Shown: positions 22,901-35,443, counted from the first letter of the stretch. The stretch: DNA of 64,000 nucleotides from Podarcis vaucheri (GCA_965113315.1 OZ220363.1), one strand, 5' to 3'. Numbers and translations: made by a program. The notes: generated by a model from the letters alone, not told the origin.

Positions 22901-25900
22901 TTCCATGTGTTCAAATGGGTGCAGGGAGCATGGGGTCATACAGACTAGTCATAATCCCCACAGACACGTGCAGCAGTCATGGCCCCTGGTGTCTGCATGT
23001 CTGGCCAGTGTGCGAAGGGGCTCCATGCGCAGACCCAGCTCCTTGAGGCAATGGAGGACTCTGGCGCCCAATCAGGATGCTTCCCTCACATGGGGGCGTC
23101 CTAGACATGTTCACCAGTCAGTGAATCCCCTTCACACGCTGGCTGAATGCATGGACAGATGTGTGGCTGCTGCATGCATCAGCAACACCAGCCCTCACAT
23201 GCTATTTCAATGCATGGGTGGGGCATTGGGAACCTTTAATCTTGTTTGAACCAGGAATCAAAGTCAAACCTCATGTGTTCCAGCCTCAGGTCTAGGATTC
23301 AAGAGCCAGAAGCACTCTGACTTCCTCTGGCCCTCCTTACCCTACTAAACCGAAATCAAGGCGTGGAAAAAGGAAAAGCAGTGACAATTCTTCACATAAA
23401 TTTCACACACATGCTGTTGGAGTACTCATACACATTCTGGAAAGCAAAAACACCACTTCTAATTTCTCTCTCGGGAAGGTATTTCAGGAAGTTTCTCATC
23501 TCTCTCCAATTGATGTTCTAATAACTGTGGAGCCCTGATACCCACTCCTATTACAGAGTCAGACTATAGATTTGGCCCCCACGACAGCGTCTCTGATTCA
23601 TGGCTGATCTTGTATTGTCTTGTTTTTTATGATGATTTCTTTTCCCTCCTTAGAAACTCGATGTTCAGCTGTCTATGCAGCTGCCAAATGAGCACACAGC
23701 AATGTGTGTAAAAAACTAAACCAAACCAAGAAAACCCAAACAGTTATTTGCATATCCCTGTATATTTTAGGATTCAGAGTTTAGCATTTAGCTATCCCAT
23801 CTGTTTAGTATAAGTGTGGTAGATATGCCACTAAGGGGGAAAAGGGCACAGTTGTCCATATACAAAACTAGAGAAAAATAACAAGGAGAGCCACCCAAAC
23901 CTTGCATTCATTTCTAGCTAAATAGTTACAGGAATTGGGGCCTATCAGAATAACTCAATTTAGCTACAGTATATTGAGCCTGATCGATAATAGGTGGTCT
24001 GTCTGTAGAAGCTTAAAGAATGGGCTGCATGTGGTACACCACAAAAATGGCCGCGTGAAAAGGCACACCACAAAAATTGACAAGCAGTTCTTGCTTTTGA
24101 ATTGGGGTTATGGGCACATGACCTTGGTTAAAGATTCTAAGCAGCGCTCATCATTTATTTGGTGGGGGTGAACCTAAATCCACTACCAGTACGTTTCCGA
24201 GCATAATTCTAGTTGTTGGTGCTGACCTTTAAAGGCAGTGAATGGGCAGCCTCGGTCCAGTATATCTGAAGGAGCATCTGCACCCCCATTGTTCTGCCCA
24301 GACACTGAGGTCCAGCTCTGAGGGCCTTCTGGCAGTTCCCTCACTGCGAGAAGCGAAGTTACAGGGAACCAGGCAGAGGGCCTTCTTGGTAGTGGCACCC
24401 ACCCTATGGAACACCTTCCCACCAGATTTCAAAGAGAACAACAACTATCAGACTTTTAGAAGACATCTGAAGGCAGCCCTGTTTAGGGAAGCTTTCAATG
24501 TTTGATGCATTACTGTATTTTAATATTTTGTTGGAAGCCACCCAGAGTGGCTGGGGAAGCCCAGCCAGATGGGCGGGGTATAAATAAATAAATTGTTGTT
24601 GTTGTTTGGCCTGTCTTGAACAGCTGATTGGCGTTAACCGTGCTGTGGGTGTGATTTGGAAGCAATGTTAGTAAGAGGGACCTGCAGCAAACATGTCAGT
24701 GCACAATGCTCCTGTTCAGAGTTCCAACCAAACAATCATGCACTCTACCAGGTTACTCCATTCCATTTCCTCTCTCCTGACCCCATTTTCAGCCTTTTCC
24801 CTCTCAATAGTCAGTCCACATTCCATGCCCACTGAACACACTCAGTCCTCTATGGGCTGTTTTGAGATTCCCCTCCCCCTACAAATAAGATGTGTACTTC
24901 TGGAAATCTTGGGGTCTGCCCAAGCCTGCTGATATCTTCCTCATGTACGGATTGTACTATTTTGGCTACATAACAATCCATACTCACTCACTATTAATAT
25001 ATAGGCCACATCACCTTTTAGCTTCAAATCAGTTATTTGAAAAACGGGACCTATAATTGGTAATCTAATAAACTCTAACACAAGGACAATGCCACCAGTT
25101 TTTTTAAACTGCTCAATAAGCATAACATTTCAAGCTTCTAAAAGATTAAATATGCAGGATTTTTTTTTAATGGTCTGGAAAAGGAGATTAAATTATGCCA
25201 CATTCACGGAGAATTTTCCAGCTCTCTTTGAAAATCCCACAAAGGTAGCATGGAAATGCATGCAACCAGAAAATGCATGAATGGCAGTGTGAGATGCATG
25301 ACATTTGGCAGTTAGATATGAGCCAACCTAGTTCTGTTTATGGGATCAGACAGATTCCTAGCCCAAGGCAGTGCTACTCCACCTCCTGCCAAGGTCCATC
25401 TCAGGATGTCTTCATGCTTGAATGGCAGCTAAGACACAGAAATCCTACCGTGTGTGTGTGTGGTTTTAAAAAAAACAAAAACAAACCATATTTCTGAATG
25501 AATCCGAGAGCCTTTCATTCCAATTTACCACTGCAAACTCAAGCTGAGCTGATTTGGGCATCTCACTGATTTGGAAAAAAACCAAGCTCTATGATTTTGT
25601 AAACTGCACTTCATGGTACATTATGCCTAAGAGGCCTGAGGTGGTAGAGCAGAGTATATGAGATGATAGGAAAAGTAAAGATTAGGTCATTATTCAGGAT
25701 TACGGACGCCTTAACTGTATTTTCAATACTCACAGAGATTTTGTACCATGCTTTGGAGAGACCTAAGAAACAGATCCTAATTTCACTTTCCTCTGGCTTC
25801 TTACTACTGGTTCTCATCAATCCATTAGCTTCCCACACACCCTGTGGATTCGATTTCAAGCTCATTCAGGGGCAGAATTACATGTTACGTGTGGACCCAT

Positions 25901-28848
25901 GATTCTTTTTAGTGGCATTTCCTTCCTCTTCTGTACACTGCAGCTGACAAAGCTGAGCTTTGAAGGAGAGCATTGGCACAGAGGGTGAGAGAGGCTTCAT
26001 AAACCCTTTCTCTTGAGCTGCCTCCCTGCCAAAAATACCCTAAACACAAAAAACTTACCAAGGAAAAAAATGTGTATACACCTCTCCTTTCTTCAGCTGA
26101 GGTAAGAGCAGTTGGGGAGGTAAATTTTCAGAAGTAGCACAATTTATTCATTCCTTCATCATCATTATTATTGTTTTAATCTTATGCATTTCAATAATTT
26201 TACAATCATTTCAAAACTCGACTTCCTTCCCACTCTTTCTGCAGTTCCTTAAATTCATTTTTAATATTTTCTGCATATTCCAAATTTGCTTAATTTACTC
26301 ATTTATACATCTGCTTTAAATAAGTGTGTATGGAGTTCCTGGGCTGCCTGGACGACAGGACTCCCCTCTCGCAGGAATAGATATTTACTAAAATGGAATC
26401 GTGCCAGGGCTCTTTCAACTAAAGACTTTCTCTCCCAATGCAGCAGTACATCAGTTTGCAGACTATTGCCCCCAGTCTTACCTGGGGCACGGTAGACATA
26501 AGCGTACTGCAAAACGAGAGCATCGAGTTTACATCTTTTTAATTTCCTCAGTGTGTTAGTAATCCTAGGGCAGCACTCACCTGGGAGATCTCCTGCACAA
26601 GCGCCGCTGAGATGAATGGAAGCTGTGCAGGAGCCCTGCCGCACTCTTGTGTAGCTAGCCCCTGTTGTTTTCAGTGGAGCCTGAACAAGAGATCTCCCGT
26701 GGTGGATTGTGCCATGAGCAAATTTAAAATCCTTAGTTGTCTTAATGTCAGGCTGTTATCTGAAACCGTAGCTGCCTTTTGGGGAAGAGAAAATGCTCTC
26801 GTTATGAAGGATTTTTAACCAAGGCATTTAAAAGAATCCAGAAGCACAAGACAAATACGAAATAAATGGAATTGTAGAAGGAAAATGACATCCTTTTTAA
26901 AGACACATCCAATTATTAGGAGTACCTAGAGCTGGCAATTCTGCTTTTGTGTTCATGAAAAGCCTGGGGAGATTTTGTTTGTGTGTGTGTTAAAAAGTCT
27001 AAGGTGTTTGCATTTCTGCTTGTTTCCCATTAGAAATGCAAACCTCATCTTTCTCTGAATTCTCTGGACACCCAGAAAGCGGCACAAACACATCATCAGA
27101 TGAGAAAATGGAATGAAAAAGCTCAAGTAGCTGAGAGAGAAAGGGATTTCAAGTCAGATCATTTAACTCTTTGGACCACACATCATAGTTGTCCATCGCC
27201 AAAGAACTGAGTGACAGTCAGCAAAAAAATATTTTTCTAACAAGTATCATCTTTTAATCTTCTCTCCCTGGAATTAATAAACCATAATCAGGTTGAACAT
27301 CAGTTAGGTGGGTGAATATATCAACTACACCAGTGTCAGAAAGACCCCCCCCCCTGTTTTTCTTTATGAAGAGTAGTACTCAGAAGGTGGCCAAAGACCA
27401 GCATTAATTAAGCAGGGGAAAGCAGGGATTAGGGAGAGCAGATACACATCTTTTTAAGGGATGTTCTTTATTTCCACACAAAAGCTCTGTCAAACACAAT
27501 GGATGCCCCTTATTTCAAAAGCTCCAGAGAATGGACACCACAATTTTGCTCTGCCCTTTATTTTTAATTTTTGCAATTTGATAGAAGAACGGAACAAAGC
27601 CTTGGCATTCTTATAATCAAGTTTGTGCACTCTTACATCGCATCTGTTTGGTGGGTTTCAATAAAAAGAGGGGGGAAACAATATGCTGGTCAAAATTGGT
27701 TAACGAGGGGTCATTTTAAGGCAGGTGTGGAACCCACCAGAATAAACCAGTAAAGAGCTCCTTTGGCACCCATTGTATCTAATGAAACTTCTGATCTGTC
27801 CACTAATATGCTTTGTTCAGTTTTGTTAACATTTCTATCCACACCCCAGTTCCACCTGGGATTTGTGGTTTTCCAAAGCAGCCATTTTAATGCTGTAGGA
27901 TGTGTGAGGGAGGGATTGTTGTTCTGTTTTGGTGAATGTTGTTTTTCTTCCCCTAGCAATTATTTTGTGTATGGGGGGAAATATTCAAATAGATTTTGGG
28001 GTTTAGCTTTAATTTGGGATTTCTCCAGCTCCCAGTGTTAAAAATGATAATGATGCTGCTCTTAATTAACTGAAACCTAATTAGAGGCTCCGCTGAATTA
28101 TCTATCTGGGAAAAAAGGCATCATGATCCTAGCTTTAAAGGAGCCTGAGGGGGAGGGGGCACGTGTGGTGTGTAGTAGCAGGCTGCCCCATTGGGAGGAC
28201 AGTTGTAGCGGTCCATCAGAGGGGGGGGGAGGCGGTCATGGAAATGGCATTCAGCACATCACTCGGGATGAATCTTTTGAAGGCTGCTGCCTTGAGGTTT
28301 CGCTGTTTTTCAGCTGCCCTTCAAAAACAAGAATGACATCTCTAGCTGTAAAGACAGCCTTCCAGCTGCAACCTCAGCAAGATGCAGAGGTGCCCACTTG
28401 TGTCCGAGGGGTTAGGTCAAGCACTGTTGTTGCTACAGCCACTGGGGCAGCGGATGGTTGCCGAGGCTATTAGTATCCCTTTAAAATCCCCCTTTTTTTA
28501 GCAGGCAGAAAGTCCACCACCCCCTCACCTCCCACTGTGAACTGGAAGTGCCAATCATCCGAACGCCATATTCTAGCATGCGGGGGGGGGCGGGGCGGGG
28601 TGCTCTCTCAAAATGATGCTGCTCATTTCCCCAACACGAGAATATTCCTGTCCCACCATTCCTCCAGTGTATCTATTCTGGCCGTACATAGAAAGAATCA
28701 TAGAACTGTAGAGTTGGAAGGGACCACAAGGGTCATCTAGTCCAACCCCTTGAAACGCAGGAATATTTTGCCCATCATGGGGCTTGAACCCACAACCCTG
28801 AGATTAAGGGTCTCGTGCTCTGCTGGCTGAGATATCCCAGTATGACAG

Positions 28849-28889
<41 letters not shown>

Positions 28890-30834
28890 TAGATAGATAG
28901 ATAGATAGATATAGATGATAGATAGATAGATAGGGTCTTTATGTATGCATTTTCAATAGATTCTGGCCACAGTTCTGTAAAATGGGTTCACAGATAATGC
29001 CCTGTCCAAATGATGCACAGTAGGTGAGCTCCTTCTGGCTGGGTGGAGGTTTGAACCCAGGTTTCCCTGATTCAAATCCAACCCATTAACACTGTTCTGG
29101 CTCGGTCCCCCAATGCCAGAAGCTAATGTACAGCCAATTCTTCGGAGGGCACCACATGCAAAGAAACTGCACACAAAGGGCGTATAAGAAGAGGGCAGTT
29201 TGGGGGGACTAAATGCATCTTCCCAGTGTCCCTGATCTTGCAAGTGCCATAGAGTCCAACCCTGCTCCCCTACCCATCTGCACTGCAGACAAGAGCAGAG
29301 AGATCAGAACTATCTATTTCTCCCATCTTTCTCTGATATTATCTGCACATTTCCTTTTGTGCTTGTGGTTATCACATGTTTTGTAGGGTTGGGTAGCGTA
29401 CAATATCAATATGAGTTGTCACATCCCTGTTTTTTACAAGGATTCCACTCAATTCTTCTGGGTTAAAGTGAAAGCACCAAAGCAGGATGTGGTCCTGGCA
29501 CAGCTCTGTCCGTGGACATTTTAACACTGCACCTTCCCCCCCCCCCGCGTGCATCTAGAAATAAGGGTACAGCACAAAACCAAACACCTTTTGTTCGTGA
29601 CAAGGTCAAAGGAGATTCTGAATGAACATCAGGAAGAACTTTCTGACAGCAAGAGCTGTTTGACAGTGGAACGGACTTCTTCGGAAGGTGGCAGACTCTC
29701 CTTCCTTGGAGGTTTTTAAGCAGAGGTTGGATGGCCACCTGCCATGGATGCTTTAGCTGAGATTTAGCTGCATTGCAGGGGTTGGACTAGATGACACTCA
29801 GGGTCCCTTCCAACTCTCCCATGCTATGAGCTCAGGGTGTCACATGGGTGCTGCCCTGGAGGACAAGGACCAAGCCATAGGCAGGGGTGGGCTTGCATGC
29901 ACTGAATGAAGAAAAAGCCCTCCCACTCCCCCGTGCTATACACATTCATGCTCTGCTAGAGTTGGCCAAGTGATGTTGGATGAGAATCGTAGAAGGACAG
30001 AACTGGAAGGGACCTCAGAGGTCATGTTAGTCCAGCCCCTGCTCAAGGCAGCACCAACATTACAGGGCGCAATGACATCATCCCTGACAGATTGATATCA
30101 AGTCTGCTTAAATGTGGGAGACCACCACCTCCCAATGCAGCCTGTCCCACTTTTGAACATCTTGTACATTTCTCCTAATGTTTAACCCAAATCTTCTTCC
30201 CTACCATTTCTGTCCGCTGGTTTTAGAGCTGCCCTCTGCAGCAGCAGCAGAAAAAAGTCTGCTCCACCTTCTACATGGCAGATATTCAGAGTGCACTATC
30301 CTGTATCCCTTTAATCTTGATGCTGTCCTGGGCTCCTTTGGGAGAAAGGGCAGGATATCAATTTAATACATAAATGAACCTTCTCTTCTTCAGGCTAAGT
30401 CAGCATCAGTCAGATTCTAGGCATCGTTGGAGTAACCAAACCAAAGATACTGGCTGTGATTCAGGGAAAGCAGTAAGACTTCAAAAAGACTAAAAAGCCA
30501 AATCCCTAGATGGGAGCTGGCAAGTAATTCCCCACCCAAATCCTCTTGCTCTGCATATGCCATCCCAGCTCAGGGAATTAGGAACGCCCCAACCAAAATA
30601 TTACAGTCTGCTATCCAGCACTACAAAGAAAATGGAAATGCAGGCACAAAAAGGGCACACACAAAAAGAAATCTTCAGAGGAGATCAGATTCCCTTAAGC
30701 AAGCAAATAAAAGACATGAAGGGACCAAGAAAGTAATAGAGAAAGTCAGAGACTGCAAAAAATAATAATCTGGAGATAAGGGTGAATTACAAAAGAAAGT
30801 TTATTTTAGGCTTTCTTGGACATTTACCACAAAA

Positions 30835-30869
<35 letters not shown>

Positions 30870-33800
30870 CGCGCTTTAAAGGAAAACTTACACTCCCCTC
30901 TTTTTCCACAGATAGTTTTTTTTTAAAAAAACATATTTTTTGAAAACCAAAAAATTTAAATCTACTCCTGAGAGCATGTACAACTTTTTACAATTGTTGA
31001 GCAAGGATACCCTTCACTCAGACTTGGAACAGCACATTTTAGTTTTGTGACAGTCATGTAGAAGTTACAAAAATTTCTTTTTGGCCAAAGAAAATCATAT
31101 ATCCCACAAACCGACAGTGCAATCCTGTCTTCCTCATCTTATGTTTGCCATACAAGGACAATATCTTGACTATATTGCACTGATCTTGTTGTTTAGTCGC
31201 TTAGTTGTGCCCGACTCTTCCTGATTTAGCGGCCATTAATAGTGGGGATGTAGAAGTGCTCTGCCCAATAGTAGGGGTCTTGTGGCACCTTAAAGACTAA
31301 CTAATTTTATTATGGCATACGCCATTTTCAAATAGCTAATACTTTAAGGTGCCACAAGACGCTTTTGGTTGTCTTTGCTGTGACCTACTAACAATACAGC
31401 TGCCCCTCTGGAAACTGCCTAACAATGAAGCTGACACACAGACAGAGCTGTGCATCCCTGGCCATAATGCAACCTCCATAAACCTGAGCAGTTCTGCTCT
31501 CCCCACTCAATCCTCTGTATCCGGAGCATTAATGATGTTGAGCCCTGCGGGGATCCCCTTATCGCACCTCCCACAGGTCCTGGGTCGGGTCACAGACTTT
31601 CCCCTGAGGAAGCAGCAGATGGCTGAGAGATACCGTGACATCACCCCCTGCGCCTCTAGGTTGCAGAAGGAGAAAGGAAACAAGTGGCCTCTTTACAAAT
31701 TTAGCTTCTTCTTCCCTTAGGGTGAGACCTCTTGTCACCTCTGCTCCCCCTCTCTGCTAATCACCATTTCTTCCATCAATTTCCCCCTCGTCAGCTTGAC
31801 AACATGATCCAGATATATAACCTGTCCTCTTCATTCTTGGATTGATTGAGTTTTCCCCCTTTCCTTCCATACAAACCTCAGTGGGTGGGTGCTACACCCT
31901 TCAAGGTCCAACTATCTATCTATCTATCTATCTAATCATCTCCCTGTGTTTCTCTCCCTCTCTCTTTTGACCATCAGGGCCCTCTTCCTTTGATATGCCA
32001 TCTTGTACACCAGTTTTTCTCCAGGGATGCTCCCATTTAAAGCACCCACCAGTTCTGCAATCACTTCAAAAGCAGCGGCTGCAAACAATAAATGAATCCA
32101 CCACAGCTTTGAGATATTGCAGGCAATAACCATTTCCTGGTAGCTTCACAGGCTCCCCTTGAATGAACAGGACCAAGGGGAGGATTTATTCGTCACTTTT
32201 TAAATGGTTCCGATGATGACTGATGCTCAGAAACATCCTTTGCTCCAAGGAGACTAAATAAGCTTTCTGTCAGGAATTCAACACAGGAACAATCTGATCA
32301 AAACAATGTTGGGCGCCTCTTCTTTGGCCAAAACCATCAAAGATACGTTGTGGAGGATATCATGCGTGCAGCCAAAAGCCATCTGCGTTAAGGGATCGAC
32401 TTAGGTCGTATTCCTTCGTCAATGGCTGTGCATATGGCTCTGGAGGCAGTTTTTAAATCAGCCAGGCACACAGTTGTGCAGTTAACATTAGTGAAGGGGC
32501 AGAAGCATTGCTTGGCACCCTCTACTTAATAGGAATTTATACTAGAGCTGGGAGAATTGGTGCTATAATCTCAACAATTGTGCTTAAAAGAGGAAATGAT
32601 GGAGGAAATGCTCGCTCTTCAGCACAGCTGAAAAGTGCTGCTACTCACTACAGTGCTATGTGGTCATCTATAAGCCTTGATACCAGATTCTAAAGCAACG
32701 CAAGACTAGTGGCACATTCTGACTACAACAAATTGCCTGTGGAAAAATGACTGTAGAACATCAAAGTCAGAGAACAGTAACAGTCTCAGAGCAGGCGCAA
32801 ATAAATCAGCATAAGGACCCATATTGGGAGAAAAGCTTCTTCAGAAGGCTGAAGTGAGGACTGGGGAATCGGGTGGAGCATTTGAGGGGAGAGGTTCAGC
32901 CAGAACAGGTAGAATTCTGCTCTCTCTTTCTCCACACAATATACAATTTCATCAGCTTCAGCTTCCCAAGGGAAGAAGTATCAGCTCTAAGGCTGGAATC
33001 ATTTGCAAGCAGCCTACCCATCTTGCAGGCTTGAAGGGTGGGGGGAGATACACTGTGGGGAATAATCATGTCTTGCTGAAAAAAAGGGGTGGGGGTTACC
33101 AAAAGCTAATTGAATTACAGCAGCAACTGAAGAGTCATTTGCATTTCCAGATAAGTCCTGGGGAAATCTGCTTCTTCCCTCACCCCCCCCCCTTTTCAGC
33201 AGCAGGTAGAGGAAAGACGCATAAAAGATGCTATAGCAACGGCAAAGCATATGGGGGGGGGTCCTATAGGGTGCAGAGTGGGGGTCCAGAGCTGTCTCGG
33301 TTCCGAAGCTACCTTGGGGAAAACTTCTGTTTTGAAAGCCGGCATGTAAATCGATAAACAAATAAACGAAAACGCGGGGTGAAGGGGGTCGAAAGGATGC
33401 TCCACTTCAACCTGATTGTCAGTACGGGGAGATGGAGTGGGGTGGGGGCATTGCTGGCCCGGGAAACAACTGGAGGGGCACCTCCTTGGGGATCTGGGAG
33501 CAGCGCTCAAGGGTCCGGAGAGGGGGAGCAGGGGGAGAAGAGCCCATTGGCTCCCCACACGCACACAAACCCCGCAGACGCGCAGAGGTGTTCAGCTGTT
33601 TCCATGGAGATCCGAAGTGAAGGCAGTATAGTTTTTCAAAACCCGCTTTTTAAAAGAGGGTCCCTACCAACCAGGGGGAAGGGACGGCATCGGTTTCTGA
33701 CGGGGGAGGGCGGTCCATCGCTTTAGGAACATGCGAGACCCCCACATCCAAGTCGCGATCGCACCCCCGTTTCCCAGCCAGGGGCAAAAAAACGCAGCTA

Positions 33801-33910
33801 GATCGGCGAGGGGGCTCCAGCCCCAGCCAGGACTCACCTCCGGGGGCGCGCAGGTGGAGCAGCGCGACGGCCAGCAGGAGCCAGCGGGCAGCTGCACGAG
33901 GGGACTCCAT
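10952..33910 (-). CDS. TMEM132A: Transmembrane protein 132A, complete, 11 coding exons, about 1089 aa single-pass membrane protein
   Basis: Exons in transcription order: 33910-33838 (signal peptide MESPRAAARWLLLAVALLHL), 22743-22529, 22428-22210, 19590-19190, 18711-18562, 17573-17381, 17280-17137, 16360-16155, 14046(or 14043)-13770, 12973-12782, 12151-10952. Sum 3270 nt, open frame. Family hallmarks: TM segment DLEIGMYVLLGVFCLAIFIFLINC, HNWVWLG, RKRVEF (RVxF), and C-terminal SEDDIRWVCEDMGL...ELRSYMERIRGSS. Confidence 0.96.
14050..14143 (-). mobile_element. MIR-like SINE 3' fragment abutting the TMEM132A exon 9 acceptor
   Basis: Minus strand reads GGGGATAAT...GGATTACTGAGATAATG...CTTGAAATGTGCCATTATAAATGC, resembling the 3' half of the copy at 18885-19070. 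Confidence 0.5.
14190..14520 (-). mobile_element. Degenerate L2 LINE 3' end
   Basis: Minus strand has TGGAACTCCC followed by FQHLLKTFI-like ORF2 C-terminus, then an AT-rich 3' UTR. Confidence 0.5.
15875..16023. mobile_element. Palindromic ~150-bp hAT-type MITE (squamate ACTACAACTCCCATC family)
   Basis: Inverted arms GATGTTGCTGGATTGCAACTTCCA / TGGGACTT...AGTCCAACAACAGCTGG. Related copies at about 21995-22080, 39940-40030, 41975-42105, 49047-49110 and 57380-57490. Confidence 0.65.
18885..19070 (+). mobile_element. MIR-like tRNA-derived SINE, old
   Basis: A-box-like TAGTGGCTAA, B-box-like GTTTGATTC, GTGACCTTAGATAA core and AAAGTGCTTGAACACTTGAAAGTGCT tail. Confidence 0.55.
21648..21745 (-). mobile_element. 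Internally deleted tRNA-Lys/CR1-tail SINE
   Basis: Same head and tail as 28687-28838 with the middle missing. Confidence 0.6.
24183..24592 (+). mobile_element. L2 LINE, 5'-truncated 3' end
   Basis: ORF2 C-terminus LGPVYLKEHL...TLRSS...RAFLVVAPTLWNTFP...FRRHLKAALFREAF*, then the 3' stem CCCAGAGTGGCTGGGG...GGGCGGGGTATAAATAAATAAA. Confidence 0.85.
28687..28838 (-). mobile_element. tRNA-Lys(CTT)-derived SINE with CR1 3' tail
   Basis: Minus strand reads GACCCTTAATCTCAGGGTTGTGGGTTCAAGCCCCA (tRNA-Lys anticodon and T arms), then GGTTGGACTAGATGACC...TCCCTTCCAACTCTACAGTTCTATGATTCT. Confidence 0.8.
28849..28933. repeat. (AGAT)n microsatellite, imperfect
   Basis: About 20 AGAT units with a few interruptions. 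Confidence 0.95.
29609..29829 (+). mobile_element. CR1 LINE 3' end
   Basis: NIRKNFLTARAV-QWNGL-RKVADSPSLEVFKQRLDGHL ORF2 terminus plus the GGGGTTGGACTAGATGAC...TCCCTTCCAACTCT tail. Confidence 0.85.
29983..30230 (-). mobile_element. Older CR1 LINE 3' end in opposite orientation
   Basis: AGAATCGTAGAA...CTGGAAGGGACCTCAGAGGTCAT...AGTCCAGCCCCTGCTCAAGGCAG and downstream TCTCCTAATGTTTAACCCAAATCT. Confidence 0.7.
30835..30874. repeat. (GT)13(GC)7 compound microsatellite
   Basis: 40 bp of uninterrupted alternating purine-pyrimidine sequence. Confidence 0.95.
31186..31220 (-). mobile_element. Extreme 3' tip of a Bov-B/RTE LINE (35 bp)
   Basis: TTGTTGTTTAGTCGCTTAGTTGTGCCCGACTCTTC matches the start of 35358-35443 and is flanked by ctgat on both sides. 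Confidence 0.6.
31277..31415. mobile_element. Penelope-like short element remnant with perfect 19-bp inverted repeat
   Basis: GTCTTGTGGCACCTTAAAG (31277-31295) and CTTTAAGGTGCCACAAGAC (31342-31360), followed by ACTAAC...GCTGCCCCTCTGGAA. Family assignment is from recall of reptile repeats. Confidence 0.55.
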
Positions 33911-34640
33911 TCTCCAGGAGCCGATCCGTTCCCAACTCCGGCTCAGATCCCCACTCCCGGCGCTGGGGAGCGCATGTTCTCTCTCTCTCTCTCACACACA
34001 CACACACGCACGGCAGCCCGGCTCCGCTGCGGCGCCAAACTCCAGGTGCGAGGGGGCAGTCAGCGCCTCCAGCCGTGCGCGCTCGCCGGTGCGCTGCGCA
34101 AGCCGCGCATCCCTGCCCGGGCCGCCGCCGCCGCCGGGCTGCTCAGCCTCAGACAATAGAGGCAGGCAGGCAGGGGGAGGGGACCGGAGCACATGGGATC
34201 AGCGCCTTCCCGCTGCGCCGCTGGGTCCTAAAGCGCCTCTGAGAGCCCCCTCGATGACGGGCGACCCAGTGCCCCACTAGCCGCGCCGCCCCGGGCCGGC
34301 GGGAGAGGCGCGAAGCCAGCTCCGAACAAGGCGGGAAAAGGGGCGCGGCGGCGGCGGCGGGAGAGGGCGAGCCGCTGAGCGGATCTGGGAGGCCGAGGGC
34401 AGCGAGAGTGGCATGGTCAAAACGCGAAGGGGAGGAGGAAATCCAAGAAAGTGGATTCCCGCGAAAGAGCAGGGAGAAGGAAAGGGCGATCGCGGAGGGG
34501 ACTCTTCCAGGCGGCTGCTTTATTCGAGCGCGTTGCATTATCCAATACAGAAGAACTCTTCGCACACTTCACTTCTGCTGCTGTTTCCAGTGGTTTCCAA
34601 CTTTCACCCTTTCGGACAAGAAAGCGGCCACGCGGATGAT
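33690..34640 (-). promoter_or_regulatory. CpG island / promoter and 5' UTR of TMEM132A
   Basis: Very GC- and CpG-rich stretch surrounding coding exon 1, with GCC repeats and GC boxes. Confidence 0.85.
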
Positions 34641-35357
34641 GTCTTGAGATGATGATAAATTCACCGTAGTTTTCCTGAAGGTATCCTGGGAAAATAAAAT
34701 AAATAATAAATAATTTTTATTATTTATACCCCGCCCATCTGACTGAGTTGCAAAAGAAAAATAAGGTGCTATTTCAATATTAATATTTTTTTAAAAAACC
34801 ACAAAAAGCGACTGGATACTAATAAATACTTCACACTGGTTAAGTTTCCTTAATGCCATCTGCCCCTCCAATGTGGTTAATTTTGAGGCCTGAAGTAAAT
34901 TTAACAGTTGATATAGGGTGGATTTCCAAGCTTTGTTCTTTTGAACAAAGCCTTATAGAGGCATGCAAATGGTGTGTCCCCCCCCCCTTTTAAATATTAA
35001 TTTTGCAGGTGACATTATTTCCTAGTCACATTAGTTTACAACATTTGGATTAGCTGTACAGGGAAATGGCCTGGAGAAGTAGGATTCAGGCAGCACACAA
35101 GGGACCTTTTAAATTCAAGACTTCATGCAATCCTAAGAAACAGAAAGAACTCCTGTCAGGTTTGATCAAGCCCTCATTTACAGATTTTGACAGCCTGTCA
35201 AACAACAGAGGAGAATACCTAAAATAATTTCCCAGTTCACATTAGTCTGACTATGGAACCACCACTGTTGAACACATGAGTAAAAAACCAACAGTCTGAA
35301 CCCACTGAAGTTAGGTGTAGTTTCAGCCAGCTAATCGAATGCCAATTCAAAAGGACT

Positions 35358-35443
35358 GTTGTTGTTTAGTCATTTAGTCGTGTCGGACTCTTCATAACCC
35401 CATGGACCAGAGCATGCCAGACACTCCTGTCTTCTGCTGCCTC
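35358..35443 (-). mobile_element. 5'-truncated Bov-B/RTE LINE (86 bp) with perfect 11-bp TSD
   Basis: GTTGTTGTTTAGTCATTTAGTCGTGTCGGACTCTTCATAACCCCATGGAC...; TSD TCAAAAGGACT at 35347-35357 and 35444-35454. Confidence 0.8.

Noticed and set aside
28770-28838. tRNA-Lys-like sequence
   Set aside because: Degenerate stems and fusion to a CR1 tail make it a SINE head, not a tRNA gene.
32824-34652. Cluster of ORFs around TMEM132A exon 1
   Set aside because: Only 33910-33838 has a signal peptide and a phase-compatible donor; the rest is GC-rich noise.
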